DNA from: Nitrosopumilus sp.
Lineage (GTDB): Archaea; Thermoproteota; Nitrososphaeria; Nitrososphaerales; Nitrosopumilaceae
Direction of reading: 5' to 3'
DNA: 64,000 bases
Assembly (NCBI GenBank): GCA_963667665.2
Contig: OY763927.2
Coordinates: 288,001-352,000 of the forward strand
Below, piece by piece: positions 10,298-20,100 of this stretch (positions within the stretch are counted from its first letter, which is position 1; every line of letters starts with the position of its first letter). Both the position numbers and the translations under genes were made by a program. A model generated the notes under the pieces. The model was not told the origin of the DNA. It worked only from the letters and a program-made list of their open reading frames with translations, and ran no database searches.

Positions 10298-10386
10298 ACA
10301 TTAGATTTTACTGCGATCAAAATCTTTCTGTTTCTTTTCCACACAAAACTTAAATTCATATTCATTCGGACTCTACGAGGGTAACA

Positions 10387-11526
10387 ATAACTACAAAGAA
10401 ATCAAACCACGCAAACAAGTTTGGAAAGCTGGTTTTTGATGACGGTACTGTTATTGATGGTCAAGGTTTTGGTTATTCTACAACTGTTTTTGGTGAAATT
10501 GTCTTTAACACTGGGATGGTTGGGTATCCAGAAGCTCTAACTGATCCATCATATAATGGTCAAATTCTCACACTGACATATCCACTAGTTGGAAATTATG
10601 GCGTTCCTGATCCTTCCATCAAAGATGATGATGGTTTACCAAAATTCTTTGAATCGGACAAAATTCAGGTACGGGGTCTAGTAGTTCATGAATTATCCTT
10701 GTCTGCTAGTCACTGGAATCTTTCAATGACTCTTGATGAATGGATGAATAATGAAAAAGTACCTGGAATATCCGGTATTGATACTCGAGAACTAACAAAG
10801 AAACTCAGGACAGGTGGTGTTATGATGGCAGCCCTTGTGGTATCTGATTCAGAAATTGATGTTGAGGAAATAAAAAAACAACTCTCATCTGCACCTCATT
10901 ATAATTCTGAGCAATTCATGGATGCAGTCTCTACAAAAGAAGAAAAAATTTACGGTGATGGTGACAAATCAGTTGTAGTAATTGATACAGGTGCAAAGAA
11001 TGCAATTTTAAGAAACATTTTACACATGGGTTACAAAGTGATTCTAGTTCCTTGGAATACTACATATGAAAAGATAATGTCGTACAATCCTAAAGGCGTT
11101 GTATTAAGTAGCGGTCCTGGTGATCCACAGAATTGTCCTGATACAATAGATACTACAAAAAAATTAATTGAAAATAATATTCCTACATTAGGAATTTGTT
11201 TGGGTGCGCAAATTATTGGTATTGCAGGAAATACAGAAACTTACAAACTAAAGTATGGACATCGAGGACAAAACAAACCTTGTGTTAATCTAGAAAATAA
11301 TCAAGTTTACGTTACTAGTCAGAATCATGGATATGGAATTACCCCTGAATCCCTTGAGAAATCTGATTTTAATTTATGGTTTACAAATGCAGACGACAAA
11401 ACAATCGAAGGAATAAAACACAAAACAAAAAATTGTATTGCAGTACAGTTTCATCCAGAAGCTTCACCTGGTCCTTATGATTGCAAGTTCGTCTTTGAAG
11501 AACTAAAACACCTAATGGAGAAATGA
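10387..11526 (+). CDS. carA: Carbamoyl-phosphate synthase small subunit
   Basis: KLVFDDGT...GEIVFNTGMVGYPE, GICLG and QFHPEA; the conserved N-terminus lies upstream of the first ATG (10516), so the start is approximate. Confidence 0.95.
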   Translation: MTTKKSNHANKFGKLVFDDGTVIDGQGFGYSTTVFGEIVFNTGMVGYPEALTDPSYNGQILTLTYPLVGNYGVPDPSIKDDDGLPKFFESDKIQVRGLVVHELSLSASHWNLSMTLDEWMNNEKVPGISGIDTRELTKKLRTGGVMMAALVVSDSEIDVEEIKKQLSSAPHYNSEQFMDAVSTKEEKIYGDGDKSVVVIDTGAKNAILRNILHMGYKVILVPWNTTYEKIMSYNPKGVVLSSGPGDPQNCPDTIDTTKKLIENNIPTLGICLGAQIIGIAGNTETYKLKYGHRGQNKPCVNLENNQVYVTSQNHGYGITPESLEKSDFNLWFTNADDKTIEGIKHKTKNCIAVQFHPEASPGPYDCKFVFEELKHLMEK

Positions 11527-11530
11527 ACAA

Positions 11531-14500
11531 ATGCCAAAGAATGAATCGTTAAAGAAAATTCTTGTACTGGGAAGCGGTGCTATTAAAATTGGAGAAGCCG
11601 GTGAATTTGATTACTCTGGAAGTCAATGCCTCAAAGCAATACGTGAAGACGGATTGAAAAGTGTCTTAATCAATCCAAACATTGCAACAATTCAAACAGA
11701 TACTCGATTTGCAGATCAAGTGTATCTTCTTCCAGTAAACCCAGAGTATGTAGAATCAATTATCGAAAAAGAAAGGCCAGATGGAATTATGCTGGCATAT
11801 GGGGGACAAACTGCTCTAAATTGTGGAGTTAAACTAGAGGAATCTGGTATCCTTCAAAAATATGGTGTAAATGTACTTGGAACCTCGATTAAAGGAATTC
11901 AGAAAACCGAAGATAGGCAGCTCTTTAAGGATTCTATGAAGGAATCAGATGTTCCTGTTTTGAATAGTAAAACTGTGAGTAATTTTGATGATGCAAAAAA
12001 AGCAGCAGAAGAACTATGCTACCCAGTAATAATTCGTGTTGCATATACTCTAGGAGGACGAGGAGGTGGAATTGCACATAATGAAATTGAACTACATGAG
12101 ATAGTTGAGCGAGGCCTTCGAGCAAGTATTGTCTGCCAAGTTCTAATTGAGGAATACATTGGACACTGGAAGCAAATAGAATATGAAGTAATGCAGGACT
12201 ATGATGGAAACAACATCATTGTTTGTAATATGGAGAATGTTCTATCTATGAAAGCTCACACTGGTGATAATATTGTAGTTGCACCATCACAAACAATTGA
12301 TAATCATGAATATCACATGTTGCGTTCTGCAGCACTGCGAGCAACCAAACATGTTGGAATTGTTGGTGAATGCAATATTCAATATGCCCTTGAACCAAAC
12401 TCTGATACGTATGTTGCAATTGAAATAAATCCACGACTTTCACGTTCTTCTGCACTTGCAAGCAAAGCAACTGGATATCCACTGGCATACATGTCTGCAA
12501 AAATTGGATTGGGATATAATTTATCAGAACTAGTAAACAGAATTACAAAAAATACTACTGCATGCTTTGAGCCATCACTTGATTACATTGTATGTAAACA
12601 TCCTAGGTGGGACTTTGAAAAGTTTGAACTAGTGAATCGAAAACTAGGACCTGCAATGAAGTCAGTTGGAGAAGTTATGGCAATAGGAAGAACATTTGAG
12701 GAGTCCCTTCAAAAATCAATTCGAATGCTCGATATTGGAAACGATGGACTAGTTCTTAATCGCGCCAATGGAAAAACCTACACCGAAGAAGAAATTGAAA
12801 ACAAACTCACTTACCATGATGATCACATTTTGTATAATGTTGCAATTGCATTAAAGATGGGACTATCAGTTGAGAAAATTTACAAACTATCTACAATAGA
12901 TCCTTGGTTTATTGAAAAGATAAAAAATATTGTAAATGTTGAATCAAAACTAAAAGACTCTGAACTTAATGAATCCCTCCTTTGGGAAGCAAAAAAAATG
13001 GGCTTTTCAGATAAGCAAATTGCTCGTGTTAAAGGCAAAACGCCTGATGACGTGCGTGATTTACGTAAGAAATTAGGCGTAATTCCTTCTGTTAAGCAGA
13101 TTGATACACTAGCTGCTGAATGGCCTGCAGTTACTAACTATCTATATCTCACATATGGTGGTCATTCTCATGACATTGAAATTCCATCAGATGAAAATGG
13201 AATTGTTGTGTTAGGAGCAGGACCCTATAGAATTGGAAGTAGTGTTGAATTTGATTGGGGTACAGTCAACATGGTTTGGGGTCTGCAAGAAAATGGTGAA
13301 AAAAGTATCTCTGTAGTTAATTGTAATCCAGAAACTGTATCGACTGATTATGATATTTGTACACGATTATACTTTGAGGAATTGACACAAGAAAGGATTT
13401 TAGATATTACTGAATTTGAAAACCCTAAAGGAATTATTACATGTGTTGGAGGACAAACTGCAAACAATCTAACTCCTGGTCTTGCAAAGCATGGTGTTAA
13501 CATTTTGGGAACTAGTGCATTTGATGTTGATAGGGCAGAAAACCGTTCAAAGTTTAGTGCAGAGCTTGATAAACTTCACATACAACAACCACGTTGGCAA
13601 GCATTTACAAATCTAAATGAAGCTAAAAACTTTGCACAAGAAGTAGAGTTTCCAGTACTTGTTAGGCCTTCATATGTTCTTTCTGGTGCTGCAATGAAAG
13701 TTGTTTGGTCTCAAACAGAACTAAAAACATATGTTAAAGCAGCAGCTGATGTTTCCCCTGATCATCCAGTTGTAATTTCAAAATTCATGTTAAACTCACT
13801 TGAAGTAGATGTGGACGGAGTTAGTAATGGAAAACAAGTAATCATTGGTGCAATAGTTGAGCACATTGATAGTGCTGGTGTTCATTCTGGTGATGCAATG
13901 ATGTGTATACCCCCATGGCGACTAAATAACAAGATCATTGAGACCATCAATGAATATACAAAAAAAATTGCATTGACTTTCAATGTTATAGGTCCGTTTA
14001 ATCTTCAGTACTTAGTTCATGATGATCATGTCTATGTAATTGAACTAAACATTCGAGCATCCCGTTCTATGCCATTTGTTTCAAAACTTGTTAAAATGAA
14101 CCTAATTTCTCTTGCTTCCAAGGCTATTTTGGATAAACCCTTGCCTAAAATCCCTGAAAACAAGTGGCAAAAGATTCACAACTTTGGAATCAAAGTTCCA
14201 CAGTTCTCCTTTATGCAACTGCAAGGTGCAGATATTACATTAGGAGTTGAGATGCAGTCAACTGGTGAGGCTGCTTGTTTTGGAAATAGTTTCCATGATG
14301 CACTATCAAAAGGTTTGATATCTGTTGGCTATAATCTACCAGTAAAAGGAACTGCACTTGTAACTGTTGGCGGTGAACAAAATAAACAAAAACTAGTTTC
14401 ATCTATTGCAAAACTCAAACAACTTGGGTTTAAAATTTTGGCAACAGAACACACTGCAGAATTCTTTGAAGAAAAAATTGGTGAAATTCAAATAGTTCAC

Positions 14501-14773
14501 AAAATTTCAGAACCTGAACGAAAACCAAACATTGCTGATCTTCTATATGACCAAAAAATTGACTTTATCATAAATATCCCAAGTACTACTACATTGGAAA
14601 AATATGTTGGAATGCTTGATGATGAATATCAGATTAGGCGAAAATCTTTGGAATTGGGAATTCCTGTTTTGACTACAATTGAATTAGCAGATTCTTTTGT
14701 AAAAACTTTGGAGTGGCTAAAAGATAATGAAACAACCAAAGAACCAATTGAACCTTATGATGAATTTGAATAA
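11531..14773 (+). CDS. carB: Carbamoyl-phosphate synthase large subunit
   Basis: GSGAIKIGEAGEFDYSG, duplicated ATP-grasp domains, C-terminal MGS domain. Confidence 0.98.
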   Translation: MPKNESLKKILVLGSGAIKIGEAGEFDYSGSQCLKAIREDGLKSVLINPNIATIQTDTRFADQVYLLPVNPEYVESIIEKERPDGIMLAYGGQTALNCGVKLEESGILQKYGVNVLGTSIKGIQKTEDRQLFKDSMKESDVPVLNSKTVSNFDDAKKAAEELCYPVIIRVAYTLGGRGGGIAHNEIELHEIVERGLRASIVCQVLIEEYIGHWKQIEYEVMQDYDGNNIIVCNMENVLSMKAHTGDNIVVAPSQTIDNHEYHMLRSAALRATKHVGIVGECNIQYALEPNSDTYVAIEINPRLSRSSALASKATGYPLAYMSAKIGLGYNLSELVNRITKNTTACFEPSLDYIVCKHPRWDFEKFELVNRKLGPAMKSVGEVMAIGRTFEESLQKSIRMLDIGNDGLVLNRANGKTYTEEEIENKLTYHDDHILYNVAIALKMGLSVEKIYKLSTIDPWFIEKIKNIVNVESKLKDSELNESLLWEAKKMGFSDKQIARVKGKTPDDVRDLRKKLGVIPSVKQIDTLAAEWPAVTNYLYLTYGGHSHDIEIPSDENGIVVLGAGPYRIGSSVEFDWGTVNMVWGLQENGEKSISVVNCNPETVSTDYDICTRLYFEELTQERILDITEFENPKGIITCVGGQTANNLTPGLAKHGVNILGTSAFDVDRAENRSKFSAELDKLHIQQPRWQAFTNLNEAKNFAQEVEFPVLVRPSYVLSGAAMKVVWSQTELKTYVKAAADVSPDHPVVISKFMLNSLEVDVDGVSNGKQVIIGAIVEHIDSAGVHSGDAMMCIPPWRLNNKIIETINEYTKKIALTFNVIGPFNLQYLVHDDHVYVIELNIRASRSMPFVSKLVKMNLISLASKAILDKPLPKIPENKWQKIHNFGIKVPQFSFMQLQGADITLGVEMQSTGEAACFGNSFHDALSKGLISVGYNLPVKGTALVTVGGEQNKQKLVSSIAKLKQLGFKILATEHTAEFFEEKIGEIQIVHKISEPERKPNIADLLYDQKIDFIINIPSTTTLEKYVGMLDDEYQIRRKSLELGIPVLTTIELADSFVKTLEWLKDNETTKEPIEPYDEFE

Positions 14774-14847
14774 TTCTAAAAAACATAAACGCAAGCAGAA
14801 TATCAAATATTATAGCAAAAAAATTCTCTGATGCTGAACTTGATGAA

Positions 14848-15264
14848 GTGTTAAGTAAGATTGAAAAATTTGCTACTGACGGAATTAGATTTGTACATTT
14901 GGTAGATAATGTTAAGAAAAATTTTGTCAAAGTAAAGATTGCCGAATTTAAGCTCAAAGATATTTTAGTATTTCTTGATGAAAATTCTCTTGTACAGAGA
15001 ATCCCATTTGATGATAGTCCTGGATTTCATGATTTGACCCTCTATAGAATCTCAGACAAGGGACGTGAATTGATGAAGAAATTCACACGAGAACCAAGTG
15101 AGAGTTGGAATAAGAATAGCTATTCTGCAAATATTTCATGCAAAAATTGTGGCTATTCTTATGAAATTCGAATTGCATATTCTGAAAACGTAAAGATTTG
15201 GGCAAAATCTCAACGATGTCCTAACTGTGCACATAAAGCAACATTTGTAACAAAACTTGATTGA
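14848..15264 (+). CDS. Hypothetical protein, wHTH-like with C-terminal Zn ribbon
   Basis: YRISDKG wing motif; CKNC...CPNC. Confidence 0.65.
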   Translation: MLSKIEKFATDGIRFVHLVDNVKKNFVKVKIAEFKLKDILVFLDENSLVQRIPFDDSPGFHDLTLYRISDKGRELMKKFTREPSESWNKNSYSANISCKNCGYSYEIRIAYSENVKIWAKSQRCPNCAHKATFVTKLD

Positions 15265-16017
15265 TCAAATTACTTGATCAATTATTGATTCATCACCAAT
15301 TATTGTTCCATCAAGCGTGACTATTCTTGCATTGGATATTGATTTTATTTTGTTAATGATTGGCGAAATTGATTTTTTGTATTTTTTTCTATGTGTTGCA
15401 TAAAAGTACTTGTTAAATGAAGGAATTACAATTATTTCTAATTCTCCTGATTTGTTTGGGAATATATTTTCTTTTTCAGTCTTAATTGATATCCAAACTC
15501 TTTGTCCATTAATCACAGAGTCTTCTTGAAAAAATACTGGGTGGATATGACCCATGATAATTTTATCAACGTGAGAAAAATTCTCTGATGGCATTGTATG
15601 ACCATGTGTAAGCAAAATGTTTTCATCAACCATTCCAGTTGAACTAATCATTGAAATATTATCTGGAACTAATTTCTGAATATTTGCATCATGATTTCCT
15701 GGAACTAGTATAACATCACATTTTTCTCTAATTTTTTTAAAAAACATTGGAACTTCATCCCATTCATTTCTTGAAATACTCTTAATGCTTGATTTTACAT
15801 CTCCAAGTAAAATCACTGAATCTGGTTTTTCTTTATCTATAATTTCTGATAATTCTTGAATTGTTTCATTTATTGTCGAGTTTTTACCTATGAAAATCTC
15901 GTTTGATGCTAGAGTATTTTCAAATCCTATGTGAATATCAGTAACTATGAGGCTCTTTTTTTCTCCTTCTAGAATTAATGCTGGCTTTGATGGAATTATT
16001 CTTGTTTGTAGCATCAA
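15265..16017 (-). CDS. Metallophosphoesterase (ICC-like)
   Basis: DIH, GD, GNHD, HGH and GHIHP motifs. Confidence 0.9.
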   Translation of the reverse strand: MMLQTRIIPSKPALILEGEKKSLIVTDIHIGFENTLASNEIFIGKNSTINETIQELSEIIDKEKPDSVILLGDVKSSIKSISRNEWDEVPMFFKKIREKCDVILVPGNHDANIQKLVPDNISMISSTGMVDENILLTHGHTMPSENFSHVDKIIMGHIHPVFFQEDSVINGQRVWISIKTEKENIFPNKSGELEIIVIPSFNKYFYATHRKKYKKSISPIINKIKSISNARIVTLDGTIIGDESIIDQVI

Positions 16018-16048
16018 AGTTATACTACAGATATCTGATTAAATCGTT

Positions 16049-16351
16049 GTGAACAATGACTTTGATAGGATTGAAACATTAGTTTCTGAAAGACGTGTAA
16101 AACTACACATTTTTGAGCCCAGCCAAAGAAAAATTTGGACAGTTGTAGGAAAAGGTGAAGAACACTGGATTGATCCTGATGGTCGTTATTGTGCTTGTCC
16201 TGGATTTTATTTTGGTAGCATGAATGGAAAAACTACTTGTTATCACTTGGAATCCGCAGACCTTGCTAAAAAAGAAAATAAAATTGAAAAAATTATTTTT
16301 TCTGATGATGAATTTACTGATTTTCTTTCAGGATTGCTTTCTGATTTGTAA
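16049..16351 (+). CDS. SWIM zinc-finger protein
   Basis: CAC...CYH motif. Confidence 0.8.
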   Translation: MNNDFDRIETLVSERRVKLHIFEPSQRKIWTVVGKGEEHWIDPDGRYCACPGFYFGSMNGKTTCYHLESADLAKKENKIEKIIFSDDEFTDFLSGLLSDL

Positions 16352-16397
16352 CTTTGTTCTTCGAATGTGTTAATAACTAGAAATTATATGAAAAATT

Positions 16398-16649
16398 ATG
16401 GATGAGGAAAAACATAATTCTGAAATTGAAAAAATTGCAAATCTAATGGTTCATGATAATGTCACACTAGATGAAGAAGATGTCATAAAACTAGAAAAAT
16501 ACAAAAACATTATCAAAGAAGATTGCAGCCTTGATGATGAAAATGCAATGAATTTAGTTTATGAAACTCTTCTTTATCGGAAATTAAAAAATTCAGAATC
16601 TGGAGATATATTAGAAAAAGGTAATGATTTCGGTGCTGGTTTTAGTTGA
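16398..16649 (+). CDS. Hypothetical protein
   Basis: 83-aa ORF, abuts the convergent gene. Confidence 0.75.
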   Translation: MDEEKHNSEIEKIANLMVHDNVTLDEEDVIKLEKYKNIIKEDCSLDDENAMNLVYETLLYRKLKNSESGDILEKGNDFGAGFS

Positions 16650-16946
16650 CTATAATGGAATAGAATCAATATCGTCTTTTGAAACACCTTTCCAACTACC
16701 AGTCACATCAGTTGATTCCACTTCTTCAACTTTGGTAATTTGTTGAATCTTAATGTGGTCCGGATTTGGTGGCATCCATAACATTGCCATGTAATCCCCT
16801 ACATTTCCAACTTTATCTGGCAAGGCCATGATGACTTTCTCAGCTGCAAATCCTTTTGCAGTAAGTGCACTCATTGCTTTATCTTTCAGATCCATTCTTC
16901 CATGTAGGAACAGATAGATTTCTTTTTGATTATCAATTTCTGCCAT
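16650..16946 (-). CDS. Conserved hypothetical protein
   Basis: 98-aa ORF with typical codon usage. Confidence 0.75.
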   Translation of the reverse strand: MAEIDNQKEIYLFLHGRMDLKDKAMSALTAKGFAAEKVIMALPDKVGNVGDYMAMLWMPPNPDHIKIQQITKVEEVESTDVTGSWKGVSKDDIDSIPL

Positions 16947-17035
16947 GAATCCGTTGATTTTTCAAGCTAAATCAATCTTTCCTAAACTAGTGCCTTCCAA
17001 AAAGGGTTAAATTAGAATGGACGAAAATTTTAACT

Positions 17036-17329
17036 ATGAAAGTTTTCACTGTTGGCAACAAATCATTTGTAACTAGTTTCCAATTAGCTGGAGTTCCAGG
17101 TATCATTTCTGAAACACCACAAAAGGCTATGGATGAAATTAGGAAATTAACTGATGATTCTGATGTTGGCTTGGTTCTAGTTAGTGATGATATTTCAGAA
17201 TCAATTGATGATGAATTAACTGCGCTACGAGCTGAAAAAGAAACTCTAGTCTTTGCATTACCTTCAATTGGAAGTAAAAAATCTGAAGTCGATTACAGAG
17301 TAATGCTCAAGAAGATTCTTGGTGTTTAA
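17036..17329 (+). CDS. atpF: A/V-type ATP synthase subunit F
   Basis: MKVFTVG...FQLAGV...DVGLVLV...KKILGV. Confidence 0.88.
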   Translation: MKVFTVGNKSFVTSFQLAGVPGIISETPQKAMDEIRKLTDDSDVGLVLVSDDISESIDDELTALRAEKETLVFALPSIGSKKSEVDYRVMLKKILGV

Positions 17330-17366
17330 TTTAATCTACTTATAATCAACATTTCAATATCTTACC

Positions 17367-18395
17367 ATGAAAACAGCATCTGTAAAAGAACCATCCGTAA
17401 TTTCAGTTGATGATATAGAAAAACCAACGTTGGAATCTGGTGATATTTTAGTACAGATGAATGCTTGCGGAATTTGTGGCTCTGATGTGGAAAAAGTTTT
17501 TGGAGAATATGGACAACCCTCCATGCGTTTAGGCCATGAACCTGCAGGTGTAATTTTAGATGTTGGCACTGATGTAACTGATTTTAAAAAAGGTGATAGA
17601 GTATTTACTCATCATCATGTTCCTTGTTATAATTGTCATTTGTGTATTCATGGCAATGAAACAATGTGTGCAAAATATTCTGAAACTAATCTATCTCCTT
17701 GTGGTTTGTCTGAAGAATATGTTGTACCTGCATGGAATGTATCTCATAGTGGAGTTTTAAAAATTTCTGATTCTCTAAGCTTTGAAGAAGCTGCAATGAT
17801 TGAACCCTTAGCTTGTTGTGTAAGAGCATGGACTAAATTTCGTTCTTACGAAGGTGACTCTACTGCAATTTTCGGTGTTGGTCCTACAGGAATGATGCAT
17901 GTAATGTTGGCAAAAGCAAAGAAACTATCAAAAATTATCTGTCTTGATGTTAATGACTTTAGATTAGATTTTGCAAAAAAATTCAACATTACTGAATCAA
18001 TTAATTCGATGGATGAAGGCAGAAAACAAAAGATTTTGAATCATACTGAGAATAGAGGTGTAGATGTGGCAATAGTTGCAACTAGTAGTATGAGTGCACT
18101 AGAAGATGCAATAGATGTTGTACGTAAAGGCGGCGTTGTTATGATGTTTGGCGTTCCATCAAAAGGTGCAAAACTGGATTTGGATATGGGTAAAATCTAT
18201 TCTAAAGAGATTACTCTTGTTACTAGTTATGCTGCATCAGACAAAGATACCAAAGATGCACTAGACCTCATTGAATCTTCCCAAATTGATGTAAAGCAAC
18301 TAATCACGCATACATATCCAATTATTGATTCTCAAAAAGCATTTGATCATGCACGCACCGGAGAGAATGCAATGAAAATAATCATTACAAAATAA
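17367..18395 (+). CDS. Zn-dependent medium-chain dehydrogenase (iditol/threonine DH-like)
   Basis: CGICGSD, GHE, structural Zn Cys cluster, GVGPTG. Confidence 0.92.
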   Translation: MKTASVKEPSVISVDDIEKPTLESGDILVQMNACGICGSDVEKVFGEYGQPSMRLGHEPAGVILDVGTDVTDFKKGDRVFTHHHVPCYNCHLCIHGNETMCAKYSETNLSPCGLSEEYVVPAWNVSHSGVLKISDSLSFEEAAMIEPLACCVRAWTKFRSYEGDSTAIFGVGPTGMMHVMLAKAKKLSKIICLDVNDFRLDFAKKFNITESINSMDEGRKQKILNHTENRGVDVAIVATSSMSALEDAIDVVRKGGVVMMFGVPSKGAKLDLDMGKIYSKEITLVTSYAASDKDTKDALDLIESSQIDVKQLITHTYPIIDSQKAFDHARTGENAMKIIITK

Positions 18396-18441
18396 GAAAG
18401 GCTTAAGAAAGGTATTTCAATTCTTTCAAAATCGAAGAGAA

Positions 18442-19458
18442 ATGGACTGGGGATTAAAAAATAGAATATCACAAATCATTAAACCACAAAATAATCGTGC
18501 ATTAATGTTAGCAGTTGATCATGGATACTTTCTTGGTCCAACTGAAAAACTAGAGAACCCAAAAAAGGTTATTGCACCACTTTTGAAATATTGTGACTCT
18601 TTGATGGTTACAAGAGGCGTTCAGAGAACATGTGTTCCTGCAACTACAAACACTCCCATGGTCTTGCGTGTGTCTGGCGGTTCAAGTATTATTGGTGAGG
18701 ATTTGTCTCAAGAAGAAATTACTGTATCTATTCAAGATGCAATTAGACTCAATGCTAGTGCACTTGCAATGTCTATCTTTGTTGGCTCTAAATATGAACA
18801 TCAAACTATTGTAAATCTTGGAAAATTAGTAAGTAAGGCAGAAAAATATGGAATTCCTGTTTTAGCTGTAACTGCAGTTGGAAAAGAATTGGGCAAAGAT
18901 GCAAGATATCTCTCCTTGGCATGCAGAATTGCAGCTGAGCAAGGAGCACATATTGTCAAAACATACTATTGTGAAAATTTCGAAAAAGTTGTTCAATCAT
19001 GTCCTGTTCCAATTATTGTTGCAGGTGGAAAGAAAATTCCAGAACGTGATGCATTACAATTAACATACAACTCCATCAAAGGTGGTGCAGTTGGCGTTGA
19101 TATGGGACGAAACATCTGGCAGTCAGAACATCCTGTTGCAATGATTAAAGCAATACGATCCATAGTTCATGGAAATTCAAATGTTGATCAAGCATATAGC
19201 TATTACCAAAAACTAGTCAGTGAAGGTCCAAAAAGAAAAAACAAACTAAACAAACCTGATCAAAACAAACCTGATCAAAACAAACCAAACAAACCAAAGA
19301 AACCTGATCAAAACAAACTAAACAAACCTGATCAAAACAAACCTGATCAAAACAAACCTGATCAAAACAAACCTGATCAAAACAAACCTGATCAAAACAA
19401 ACCTGATCAAAACAAACCAAAAACCCCACAAAACAAACCTAACAAATCAAAGAAATAG
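18442..19458 (+). CDS. lsrF: Class I aldolase, LsrF/DhnA family, with repetitive C-terminal tail
   Basis: MDWGLKNR, AVDHG, VKTYY, AGGKK and GVDMGRNIWQ motifs. Confidence 0.85.
   Translation: MDWGLKNRISQIIKPQNNRALMLAVDHGYFLGPTEKLENPKKVIAPLLKYCDSLMVTRGVQRTCVPATTNTPMVLRVSGGSSIIGEDLSQEEITVSIQDAIRLNASALAMSIFVGSKYEHQTIVNLGKLVSKAEKYGIPVLAVTAVGKELGKDARYLSLACRIAAEQGAHIVKTYYCENFEKVVQSCPVPIIVAGGKKIPERDALQLTYNSIKGGAVGVDMGRNIWQSEHPVAMIKAIRSIVHGNSNVDQAYSYYQKLVSEGPKRKNKLNKPDQNKPDQNKPNKPKKPDQNKLNKPDQNKPDQNKPDQNKPDQNKPDQNKPDQNKPKTPQNKPNKSKK
19249..19443 (+). repeat. 15-bp coding minisatellite (NKPDQ)n
   Basis: Tandem AACAAACCTGATCAA units at the 3' end of the aldolase gene. Confidence 0.95.
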
Positions 19459-19462
19459 ACTA

Positions 19463-19879
19463 TCACTCAATCTTTGAGAGATGAATGTGTGCAATTTTCC
19501 ATGTTGGTTGCTTTACTAGTACAAATGTTGCGCGTCCCTTAATTTTCATGTGCTCTCCTGTGAATGCTTTGTTGTCTACTAGCATTCCTTGTTGAATTAA
19601 CTCTAATGCAACAATTGCAGTATTCCCAAAAATACTGATTTTGGGATTTTTGATTTCATAACTATAATCTGAAATGCTAATGAATCTTAATTCTTCTAAT
19701 TCTATTGTGGTTTGATAGTCTTTTAGATCATATGGTGGTAAATCACTAAAGCTTGAAAATCTAGAATCATCAAGATGTATCTCTTTTAGTTTCGTCAGAT
19801 CTTTTGATACTCCTGCTTGAAATAATGTCTCGATAATTTTTATGATTTCTTCACTATCTTGCAAAACAATCAGTTTCAA
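19463..19879 (-). CDS. NTF2/SnoaL-like protein
   Basis: C-terminal GRATFVLVK..WKIAHIHLS. Confidence 0.8.
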   Translation of the reverse strand: MKLIVLQDSEEIIKIIETLFQAGVSKDLTKLKEIHLDDSRFSSFSDLPPYDLKDYQTTIELEELRFISISDYSYEIKNPKISIFGNTAIVALELIQQGMLVDNKAFTGEHMKIKGRATFVLVKQPTWKIAHIHLSKIE

Positions 19880-20100
19880 ATATGAAAATTATCAGTTTAA
19901 GTCTTCTGTACAATGTGGGCTCAACCAACGATTATTTTTCTGGGAATCTTTATTAATTATCAATTAGATTTGTTTTTGATTTCAATGAGTACAAAATTAA
20001 CTGGACCAGTTAGCAAGAATTTGCAAATTGTTGTTCTACTGTAAAGTGTGCTCAAATTTTTAACTTCATTAAAATTATGGCGATTGATTTGATAAATAAA

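Noticed and set aside
19217-19429. (VCFDQ)n ORF on the minus strand
   Set aside because: Antisense shadow of the aldolase minisatellite.
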